From NCBI GenBank assembly GCA_947631285.1, contig CANRKS010000001.1, positions 1-60,146 of the forward strand: a DNA stretch of 60,146 bases. The letters are read 5' to 3'. The translations under genes were made by a program, and so were the position numbers. This DNA is from an uncultured Bacilli bacterium. Its GTDB lineage: Bacteria > Bacillota_I > Bacilli_A > RF39 > UBA660. Shown piece after piece: positions 1 through 6,718 of this stretch. Positions within the stretch are counted from its first letter, which is position 1. Every line of letters starts with the position of its first letter. The notes under the pieces are model-generated. The model was not told the origin of the DNA. It saw only the letters and a program-made list of their open reading frames with translations, and made no database searches.

Positions 1-228
1 GATAAAAATTAACAAAAAAACAAGTATTTATGCTACTTGAATTAATATTTTCTCATTTCAACTGTCAAACTCGGGGGAAAACATAAATTAGCTATGGAAT
101 ATAAATGTGAGTTTTCAAAATCAATTATTATATCAATTAGTTTTTTTACTCTTTTCTCTTTTGTAATATTAATAAAAAATTGGATTGATTTAAAAAAAAG
201 AGAAAAAACTTATAAAAATTAAATTTTA

Positions 229-257
229 TTGACACGAAAATTACAGCTTTATAAGTA
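229..257 (+). promoter_or_regulatory. candidate sigma-A-type promoter for the 340-2815 operon
   Basis: TTGACA (229-234), 17-nt spacer, TAAGTA (252-257). Lies in a 339-nt AT-rich non-coding leader. Confidence 0.35.
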
Positions 258-339
258 AGTATTAAAAAATCTTAAATATTAATTGATATTTTAAAAATTA
301 TTAGTTATAATAATTATATATAATAAGGAGGAGATAAGT

Positions 340-603
340 TTGAAAGAAGCGACTGGTGAATTAAATATGACTGTTGTTACAGTTGTTGCAATTGCAGCAA
401 TTCTAGCATTTTTTTATCTTATAATTTGGCCAACAATTAGAACTAGTTTAAGTTTAACTACTGCATGTAGTAGTGCCGGCAATTCGACAATGACTTTTAA
501 AGACGATAATAATAAAGATTCAATAATATGTGCTAATGGTACCTGTACTGATCAAGAAACTCAAACTTCTAAAGTTTGTCAAGAAGAAAACAAAAATGGT
601 TAG
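340..603 (+). CDS. small prepilin-like / bitopic exported protein, Cys-bearing (paralog A1)
   Basis: TTG start behind AAGGAGGAG. 87 aa: 6-aa leader MKEATG, then hydrophobic helix LNMTVVTVVAIAAILAFFYLIIW, then a polar C-terminus with 4 Cys. Aligns with 607..864 (MKE.TG.LN.TVV...AFFY..WP..RT). Confidence 0.6.
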   Translation: MKEATGELNMTVVTVVAIAAILAFFYLIIWPTIRTSLSLTTACSSAGNSTMTFKDDNNKDSIICANGTCTDQETQTSKVCQEENKNG

Positions 604-606
604 ATC

Positions 607-864
607 ATGAAAGAGTCAACAGGTAGTTTAAATTCGACTGTAGTAATTCTTTTGGCTGTTGGGGTTCTAATAGCCTTTTTTTACTATACAGTTTGGCCAT
701 TAGTAAGAACTAATTTTGAGCAAAATTCTCAATGTAGTAAGGCTATTTGCGATGAATGTCCAGCTGATTCTAATGGCCAAAAAAATTGCGATTTTGTAAC
801 ATGTTATCCTAAAGGTAAAGAACATACTGAAGAAAATGCTTTACAATGTGTTTGGAAGGGTTAA
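607..864 (+). CDS. small prepilin-like / bitopic exported protein, Cys-rich (paralog A2)
   Basis: 85 aa: leader MKESTG plus helix LNSTVVILLAVGVLIAFFYYTVW. There are 6 Cys in the last ~45 aa (QCSKAICDECP...NCDFVTCYP...LQCVW). Tandem paralog of 340..603. Confidence 0.6.
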   Translation: MKESTGSLNSTVVILLAVGVLIAFFYYTVWPLVRTNFEQNSQCSKAICDECPADSNGQKNCDFVTCYPKGKEHTEENALQCVWKG

Positions 865-876
865 GGAAGTGAAATA

Positions 877-1383
877 GTGCGAGAAGCAGTTGGAGGAATT
901 CCGATATTTCAAATTGTTGTGGTTTTTATTTTGCTCTTCACTGGAATCATGTGTTTAACTATTAATAGATCAAAAGCATATGGGGTAAAGGATGAAATAA
1001 TTACTATAATAGAAACAGAAGGAATGAGTTCTGCTTCTTTTGAGTTAGATCAAAATGTTAATACTTTAATCGCAGAACAATTAAAAAACGTGGGATATAG
1101 AATTACCGGTAAGTGTCCTGATGGATATACTGGATATAACCGAGATGGTGTAGAGCAAAATAGAGGGGATTCGGCTTATTGTATTAGATACAACCGAGTT
1201 GAACATGTTTTTTATGAAGATGCTCAAAATAAGTGTAGTAATTCAAAATGTACACCGACGGAAGATGATTTTCCAGCAATGGCATATTATGATGTAGTTT
1301 TATTTTATCAACTTGATATTCCCCTTATTAAAGATTTATTTAATTTTAAGGTGACTGGTTCAACCCGAGTATTATTTAAGTAG
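877..1383 (+). CDS. prepilin/TadE-like bitopic exported protein (paralog B1)
   Basis: GTG start behind AAGGAAGTG. 168 aa: leader MREAVG plus helix IPIFQIVVVFILLFTGIMCL. The ectodomain carries GKCPDGYTGY...AYCIRYN...KCSNSKC. The C-terminal DLFNFKVTGSTR is shared with 1391..1825. Confidence 0.55.
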   Translation: MREAVGGIPIFQIVVVFILLFTGIMCLTINRSKAYGVKDEIITIIETEGMSSASFELDQNVNTLIAEQLKNVGYRITGKCPDGYTGYNRDGVEQNRGDSAYCIRYNRVEHVFYEDAQNKCSNSKCTPTEDDFPAMAYYDVVLFYQLDIPLIKDLFNFKVTGSTRVLFK

Positions 1384-1390
1384 GTGAGCT

Positions 1391-1825
1391 ATGAGAGAAG
1401 CGATTGGAACAGAAACAATTTTTAAAGCTGTGTTAGTATTTACTTTAATTTTTGCAGCTTTTGTAGCGGTAGCCATTACCTATAATAAAGCTTATAAAAT
1501 GAAAAATGAAACGATGTTTATTTTAGAAAAGTATGAAGGTATTAATGATAATTCATTAAGAATTATTAATAATTATTTAAGAAATAATGGTTATAAAACA
1601 AAAGGTATATGTGATGCTGGCGATTATGGTATAAATAGTTTAGAAGAAACTTCTTATGTAACTGCAAGTGGTAGTGATTCTTTTTATTACTGTTTGAAGC
1701 CTAATGAAAAATCAGGAAAGACGTTTATAACTATTAAAGTGTTTTTCCGATTTAGCCTACCTTTCTTTGGTGACCTATTTACTTTTAAAGTAACGGGTGA
1801 AACTAAAGGTATTAGAAATTTTTAG
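1391..1825 (+). CDS. prepilin/TadE-like bitopic exported protein (paralog B2)
   Basis: RBS AGGTGA. 144 aa: leader MREAIG plus helix TIFKAVLVFTLIFAAFVAVAI. A conserved Cys pair sits in GICDAGDYG...FYYCLKPN. C-terminal DLFTFKVTGETK. Confidence 0.55.
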   Translation: MREAIGTETIFKAVLVFTLIFAAFVAVAITYNKAYKMKNETMFILEKYEGINDNSLRIINNYLRNNGYKTKGICDAGDYGINSLEETSYVTASGSDSFYYCLKPNEKSGKTFITIKVFFRFSLPFFGDLFTFKVTGETKGIRNF

Positions 1826-1843
1826 TATAGGGGTGAATAAAAA

Positions 1844-2815
1844 ATGAATGTAATTATATCTAATAAATATCAAACTCTTCTGGGAACACTTAATATTGAC
1901 GTTATTAAGTCTATAAATGGAGAATTTACGATTCCTGATTTAGTTAATCAATTTACTAATTTCTTCTATAACAAAATGATTATTGATGTAACGGCGATTA
2001 AAAATTATCAAAATGTTAATGTAATGCGGGAATTATCAATGAATTTTGCAATGGATAAAGTTATTCTTTTATTAGATGACTCACCAGTAGTTAATTCAGG
2101 AAATTATTTATCACAATTGGTTTCTTTTGGCATATATAATTTTACGCGTAGTATAGATGCTATTCCTTTTTTAATCGAAAATCCTAATTCTTATAAAGAT
2201 GTAGCGGGATATCAAAACATTAATAATACCCCGGCAAGTGGTGGTATGCAAATGGCCAAGAGAAAAGAAGATGAAGGAAGAATTGAACAACGGATAATTG
2301 GTTTTAAAAATGTTACTGAGCACGCTGGTGCGACTACTTTAATATATATGTTAAAAAAACATTTAGAAGCAGCTTATAAAGTTAAAGCTATTGAAATTAA
2401 TAGTAATGATTTTGAATATTTTAATGATAAAAGTTTAGAAAGTGCTGATTTTATGAATGTAACATATAAAATTGCCAATTATAGTGATGCTGAAGTTGTA
2501 TTAGTGGATCTTAATGATGGGCCTGATAACATTTGCACAGAAGTTATTTACTTAATTGAACCAGGAATTATTAAACTTAATAAATTAATTAGAAATGACA
2601 GAAAAGTTTTTGAAAAACTTCGCAATAAAAAGATAGTATTAAACAAAAGTGTCTTAAATAATAAAGACGTATCTGATTTTGAGTATGAAAGTGGAAGTAA
2701 AGTTTATTTTAACATCCCTTGTTTAGATGAAAAACTAAGTAATAATAAAAAAATTAACGAATTTTTAATTGCTTTAGGCTTTTCCAGATTAAATTTAGAA
2801 AATGATAAAATGTGA
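1844..2815 (+). CDS. TadZ/CpaE/MinD-like protein with degenerate P-loop (probable pseudo-ATPase)
   Basis: RBS AGGGGTG, 323 aa. The N-terminal ~120 aa has a receiver-like beta/alpha pattern (MIIDVTAI, VILLLDD). The C-terminal half follows the MinD/ParA layout: IIGFKNVTEHAGATTL replaces KGGxGKT[TS] with both Lys missing, followed by VVLVDLNDG, EVIYLIEPG and KIVLNKS. Confidence 0.5.
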   Translation: MNVIISNKYQTLLGTLNIDVIKSINGEFTIPDLVNQFTNFFYNKMIIDVTAIKNYQNVNVMRELSMNFAMDKVILLLDDSPVVNSGNYLSQLVSFGIYNFTRSIDAIPFLIENPNSYKDVAGYQNINNTPASGGMQMAKRKEDEGRIEQRIIGFKNVTEHAGATTLIYMLKKHLEAAYKVKAIEINSNDFEYFNDKSLESADFMNVTYKIANYSDAEVVLVDLNDGPDNICTEVIYLIEPGIIKLNKLIRNDRKVFEKLRNKKIVLNKSVLNNKDVSDFEYESGSKVYFNIPCLDEKLSNNKKINEFLIALGFSRLNLENDKM

Positions 2816-2844
2816 TAAATTATAGTAAAAAAACGGGGATTTTC

Positions 2845-2873
2845 TTGACATATATTTCTAAATTAGATAAAAT
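2845..2873 (+). promoter_or_regulatory. near-consensus sigma-A promoter for 2908..3279
   Basis: TTGACA (2845-2850), exactly 17 nt, TAAAAT (2868-2873). RBS GAAAGAGGAAAGAAGG follows. Confidence 0.65.
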
Positions 2874-2907
2874 TTAGATAAGTGAAAGAGGAAAGAAGGT
2901 AAAAAAT

Positions 2908-3279
2908 ATGTTATTAGCCGATTTTTGTTCAGAAACCGCAGGCATTTGGGCTGTGCTTGGCTATGTTGTTTTAGTTATTAAAATTGTAATTCCTTTAATG
3001 TTAATTATTATGGGAATGATTGATTTAGGAAAGGCTGTTATTTCAAGTGATGAAAAAGCAATTAATAAAGCAGTTAGTACTTTAATTAAAAGATTTATTG
3101 CTGCCGTAATTGTCTTCTTTATCCCAACAATTGTTAGTGCTCTATTTAGTGTTGTTACAAGCATTAATATGAATCAAGATTATGCTACTTGTGTTCAATG
3201 CTTAGTAAATGTTACAGCAGCATCTGGAAATGCCGATTATCATTATTGTAAATCTGACGTTTCAATTGTAGAAAAATAA
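2908..3279 (+). CDS. TrbC/VirB2-like two-helix membrane protein
   Basis: 123 aa. Two hydrophobic helices (IWAVLGYVVLVIKIVIPLMLIIMGMI and FIAAVIVFFIPTIVSALFSVV) flank a short polar loop (DLGKAVISSDEKAINKAVSTLIKR). The polar tail has 3 Cys (TCVQC...YHYC). Confidence 0.4.
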   Translation: MLLADFCSETAGIWAVLGYVVLVIKIVIPLMLIIMGMIDLGKAVISSDEKAINKAVSTLIKRFIAAVIVFFIPTIVSALFSVVTSINMNQDYATCVQCLVNVTAASGNADYHYCKSDVSIVEK

Positions 3280-3288
3280 TAAAAAACG

Positions 3289-3316
3289 AAATCACTTAAA
3301 TTTAGGTGATTTTTTT
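3289..3316 (+). terminator. intrinsic terminator of 2908..3279
   Basis: Stem AAATCACTT/AGGTGATTT (one G:U) with a 6-nt loop, followed by a T7 run. Confidence 0.7.
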
Positions 3317-3323
3317 AATGCGT

Positions 3324-3344
3324 AAAAAAACTCGGTATTCCGAG
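3324..3344 (-). terminator. intrinsic terminator of 3345..3647 (minus strand)
   Basis: The minus strand reads CTCGG-AATA-CCGAG followed by TTTTTTT, directly after the stop codon. Confidence 0.55.
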
Positions 3345-3647
3345 CTATAACATATACATATTAGTTGTATTATTTTCATAATCATCAGCTGAGATAACAT
3401 TACCTGTGTTTTCTAATTTACTTAAGCGATAATCCATTCTATTTAATTGCCTTTCAATTTTGGCTAAACGACTTTCTATATCACTCCCATCATTTCCTGT
3501 GGTATAATTATTAGGCATAGGAGCGGGTCCTTGATAGAAGTAGTTACTACCAGTTTGGTAAGGAGCCGGTCCCATATAATTATTCATATTTGGATTGTAG
3601 GATTGATATGAACTTTCAGCAAAAAAAGAATTTCTTGTCTTACGCAT
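3345..3647 (-). CDS. hypothetical small protein, N/Y/P/Q-rich N-terminus plus short coiled coil
   Basis: 100 aa. YQSYNPNMNNYMGPAPYQTGSNYFYQGPAPMPNNYTTG is followed by IESRLAKIERQLNRMDYRLSKLE. RBS GGAGG lies upstream. Confidence 0.5.
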   Translation of the reverse strand: MRKTRNSFFAESSYQSYNPNMNNYMGPAPYQTGSNYFYQGPAPMPNNYTTGNDGSDIESRLAKIERQLNRMDYRLSKLENTGNVISADDYENNTTNMYML

Positions 3648-3695
3648 AAAATACCTCCTACAACATTATATGTTTTGAGAAAAGAAGTGGTTAAA

Positions 3696-4298
3696 ATGCG
3701 CATGCGCAGTCCTAAATATAAAGATGAAGTTATTGCCAGTTGTCCCTTTTTAATAACTGATGAAATCAATTTTGCTAATCATAATCCCTTACACATTGAA
3801 ATTGGGATGGGTAAAGGTAATTTTATTATTAATATGGCTTTAAATCATCCCGAAATTAATTTTATTGGAATTGAAAAATACCCCTCTGTCGCGGCAATTG
3901 CCATTAAAAAAGCTATGGAATATAATTTACCTAATTTAAAAATAATCATTAGTGATATTGTTAATTTAGAAAGTCTTTTAAAAAAGAAAGTTCAAGTCAT
4001 ATATCTTAATTTTTCTGATCCTTGGCCTAAGAAAAAACATACTAAAAGAAGATTAACATCGCCATATTTTTTAGAACTATATGATAAATTGTTTAAAGAT
4101 AAAAATTTGCTTATAATGAAAACAGATAATGATGATTTATTTTCTTATAGTATCAATTCTTTAAAGGAACATGGTTATAAAATAGAGGATATAAATTATG
4201 ATTTACATGCTACTAATATTCCTAATGTTTTAACTGAATATGAAGAAAAGTTTAGTAATAGAGGAATTAAAATAAAATATTTGAAAGCAAGTAAGTAA
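3696..4298 (+). CDS. trmB: tRNA (guanine46-N7)-methyltransferase
   Basis: MRMRSPKY N-terminus as in Bacillus TrmB. Motifs HIEIGMGKGNF, IGIE, LNFSDPWPKKKHTKRRL and TEYEEKF. I chose the ATG at 3696 over the TTG at 3675. Confidence 0.9.
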   Translation: MRMRSPKYKDEVIASCPFLITDEINFANHNPLHIEIGMGKGNFIINMALNHPEINFIGIEKYPSVAAIAIKKAMEYNLPNLKIIISDIVNLESLLKKKVQVIYLNFSDPWPKKKHTKRRLTSPYFLELYDKLFKDKNLLIMKTDNDDLFSYSINSLKEHGYKIEDINYDLHATNIPNVLTEYEEKFSNRGIKIKYLKASK

Positions 4299-4327
4299 AA
4301 GTGATATAATGAATATGGAGTAAAAAT

Positions 4328-4978
4328 ATGAAAATTAAAAAAATATTTTTCGGAATTATCGCAATATTAATTTTAACAGGATGTACCAATATTAAAAGTT
4401 TATCTTATGATGATATTGTTAATATGTTAAGTATTAAAAATAATTCTTTAAATACCCACAGTAGAGGATTCAATTATTATATTCCTAAGGGTCTAAATGT
4501 TAAAGAACGAGGGGATAATTATGCCGTCATTGAGGGAGAAAGAAATACTTATTATTTGTATATTGATTTAATAAGTTATTTTAATAAAAAGGAATTAAAC
4601 TATGTTATAAATAAAGAAGCTATTTATGATGAGCAAATAAAATATCAAGATAAAAGTGGATATGTGAATATTAAATTATGGGAAAATAATCAATATTTGA
4701 TTGAAATTATGTATAATTATGCTAAAATAGAAGTAATGGTAGATGAAGAATTAATTAAAGAGGCTTTAATTAATTCAGTAAGAATATTAAGAAGTATCGA
4801 GTATAATGATACCATAATTGAAAATTTATTAAATGATGATAATTTAAATTATACTGAAGAGGTATTCGATATGTTTAAAGATACGGAAGATAATTCAAAT
4901 GTCTTAGATTATGCGGAAGATAATTATGACTATAATGAAGAGGCAAATCAAGATAAAGATACCGATTATGTAAATTAG
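4328..4978 (+). CDS. lipoprotein, unknown function, acidic C-terminal tail
   Basis: Lipobox ILTGC after a signal peptide. 216 aa with a D/E/N-rich tail. Confidence 0.6.
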   Translation: MKIKKIFFGIIAILILTGCTNIKSLSYDDIVNMLSIKNNSLNTHSRGFNYYIPKGLNVKERGDNYAVIEGERNTYYLYIDLISYFNKKELNYVINKEAIYDEQIKYQDKSGYVNIKLWENNQYLIEIMYNYAKIEVMVDEELIKEALINSVRILRSIEYNDTIIENLLNDDNLNYTEEVFDMFKDTEDNSNVLDYAEDNYDYNEEANQDKDTDYVN

Positions 4979-4991
4979 AAAGGTGATCCTT

Positions 4992-5918
4992 ATGAGTATA
5001 TTTAAGAAGTTGAAAGATGTTTTGTTTGAAGAAGAGGAGTATACTGAACCAATTAAAATTAGAGAAGATAAAAGAGAAGAAGTTCCTATTCGTCCTAGAC
5101 AAGTTGAGCAAGTAGAGAAAAAAGAAGAAAAAATAGTTTTTAAAGATGAAGAAGAAATACCAACATCTCCTAAAACTAATCCATCTTTAGGACAAGCTTC
5201 CGAATCACGAGTTACAAGAGCTGAGAGTGAAAGAGAATTATTTAAAAAAGAAAATACTTTTGAATTTCCTTCATTTGATGAAGAAGAATTTCAATCTAGC
5301 ATGCGTAAAAATAAGCCAACTACTAATGTATTAGAGTATGAAAGAAAGAAATCAGTTGAAACCAGAAGCGATTATGGTAGATATGATAAAATAGTGGAAA
5401 AAGAGTATAAGGAAAAGAAAAAATTTACCCCATCACCAATTATTTCTCCTGTTTATGGAATATTGAATCAAGATTATAAAGCTGAAGATATTATTGATAA
5501 AACGGATAAATCAATATTAGATTTTGAAAGCGTTCGTAAAAAAGCTTTTGAGCCAAAAATTACAAAAGAAGAAAAAAAAGAAGAAATAAGTATTCCTAAG
5601 GTTTGCGATATTATTGATGAACCAGTTGTCACTTTTTTTGAAGAAAAGGATAATATAAAGGTAGAGGAAGAAAAAACGAAAGATGACTATAAAACAATTA
5701 ATGATTTATTAGAAGAAGCCAGTGATGAAGTACCATTAGATGATACTTTAGAAATTCCTGTATCTAATAATTTAGATGTCATTGAAGAAGAATTAGAAAA
5801 AATAGATGAACATAGTGAAAAAGAAAAAACTTTGGAAGAAGATCTAGAGGAAACAAAAGACAATGAATTATTTGAACTTATCGATTCGATGTATGAGGAG
5901 AGAGAGGAGGATAATTAG
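4992..5918 (+). CDS. highly acidic low-complexity protein with N-terminal amphipathic helix, unknown function
   Basis: ATG at 4992 behind GAAAGGTGA. MSIFKKLKDVLFEEEE start, E/K-rich throughout, with one conserved-looking island FTPSPIISPVYGIL. Confidence 0.5.
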   Translation: MSIFKKLKDVLFEEEEYTEPIKIREDKREEVPIRPRQVEQVEKKEEKIVFKDEEEIPTSPKTNPSLGQASESRVTRAESERELFKKENTFEFPSFDEEEFQSSMRKNKPTTNVLEYERKKSVETRSDYGRYDKIVEKEYKEKKKFTPSPIISPVYGILNQDYKAEDIIDKTDKSILDFESVRKKAFEPKITKEEKKEEISIPKVCDIIDEPVVTFFEEKDNIKVEEEKTKDDYKTINDLLEEASDEVPLDDTLEIPVSNNLDVIEEELEKIDEHSEKEKTLEEDLEETKDNELFELIDSMYEEREEDN

Positions 5919-6215
5919 ATGGAGTTTTTAACTACTTTTTTACCAATTGTTATTTACTTTTTATTAATTATTTTAATCATTATAGGAATAGTTTTAGGAA
6001 TAAAAGTTATAATTACTATAGATAAAGTAGAAAAATCAGTAGATGTAGTTAATGAAAAAATTGCCAAAATATCACCGGTATTAGATACTTTAGGGGCAGT
6101 ATCTGATAAAGTAAGTACAGTTATTGCTACTGTTATTAGTACTTTAGAGAATTTAATTATGCGATTATTTATGAAAAATAAGAATAAAGAAATGGAGAGT
6201 GAAGAGGATGAGTAG
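5919..6215 (+). CDS. DUF948 (YtxG-like) membrane protein
   Basis: An N-terminal TM segment is followed by a coiled region VEKSVDVVNEKIAKISPVLDTLGAVSDKV. Adjacent to a YtxH-like gene, as in the Bacillus ytxGH pair. Confidence 0.6.
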   Translation: MEFLTTFLPIVIYFLLIILIIIGIVLGIKVIITIDKVEKSVDVVNEKIAKISPVLDTLGAVSDKVSTVIATVISTLENLIMRLFMKNKNKEMESEEDE

Positions 6216-6645
6216 TAAGAAAGGTAAATTTTTATTAGGGGCCGGCTTAGGAATAGGGTTAGGATTTTTACTAGCTCCTAAAAGTGGTAAAGAGATGCGA
6301 GATGATTTAGCCAAGTCTATTAATAGTTTAATGGAAAAAGCTAAAGATATCGATGTTGAAGAAGTAAAAAATGCAATTATTGTTAAAGCTAAGGAATTAG
6401 AAAATACAATAAAGGATTTAGATAAAGAAACAGCTAAACAATTAATTGTAGACAAATCTAAAGAAGTAAAAATTAAAGCCCAAGAATTAGTTGACTTAGC
6501 TGTGGAAAAAGGAACACCAGTTGTAGAAAAAACAGCGAAAGAAGTTAAAAGTAAAGCAGTTAAAGTCTTAAAAAGCGCTGCTAATAAATTAGAAGAGGAA
6601 GAAGAAGTAAAAAAGAAGACTACTTCTAAAAAGAAAAAAGCTTAG
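6208..6645 (+). CDS. YtxH-domain protein (general-stress type)
   Basis: MSSKKGKFLLGAGLGIGLGFLLAPKSGKEMRDDL is the YtxH signature. The rest is a K/E-rich helix. The ATG at 6208 overlaps the end of the upstream ORF. Confidence 0.7.
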   Translation: MSSKKGKFLLGAGLGIGLGFLLAPKSGKEMRDDLAKSINSLMEKAKDIDVEEVKNAIIVKAKELENTIKDLDKETAKQLIVDKSKEVKIKAQELVDLAVEKGTPVVEKTAKEVKSKAVKVLKSAANKLEEEEEVKKKTTSKKKKA

Positions 6646-6657
6646 ATATTAAAGTAA

Positions 6658-6687
6658 ATGGTATCTTAATTAGATATCATTTTTTTA
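6658..6687 (+). terminator. intrinsic terminator after ytxH-like gene
   Basis: 9-bp stem ATGGTATCT/AGATATCAT (one G:U), 5-nt loop, T7 run. Confidence 0.7.
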
Positions 6688-6704
6688 TGCCATCAACATA
6701 TAAT
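6676..6704 (+). promoter_or_regulatory. possible mother-cell (sigma-E-like) promoter of dacB-spmAB
   Basis: ATCATTT, 13-14 nt, then CATATAAT (6697-6704). This resembles the kmATATT-14-CATACAmT consensus. dacB is sigma-E dependent in B. subtilis. Confidence 0.3.
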
Positions 6705-6718
6705 TTTCTAGGTGAACT

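Noticed and set aside
94-222. 42-codon ORF (MEYKCEFSKSIIISISFFTLFSFVILIKNWIDLKKREKTYKN) upstream of the pilin-like operon.
   Set aside because: There is no SD at a usable distance (the GGGGG run is ~15 nt from the ATG). A short hydrophobic ORF of this kind arises easily by chance in AT-rich DNA. It is not called as a gene, though a small membrane peptide cannot be excluded.
2961-3164. 67-aa antisense ORF inside 2908..3279.
   Set aside because: It is a shadow ORF on the opposite strand of a better-supported gene with a promoter, RBS and terminator. It has no RBS.
3584-3769. 61-aa minus-strand ORF spanning the 3345..3647 / trmB junction.
   Set aside because: It overlaps two supported genes and has no RBS or sensible composition.
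4875-5111. 78-aa antisense ORF.
   Set aside because: It is a shadow of the acidic-tail and acidic-protein coding regions (GAA/GAT repeats read as L/F/S-rich antisense).
6165-6455. 96-aa antisense ORF opposite the ytxH-like gene.
   Set aside because: It is a shadow ORF. The sense strand carries a recognisable YtxH motif.
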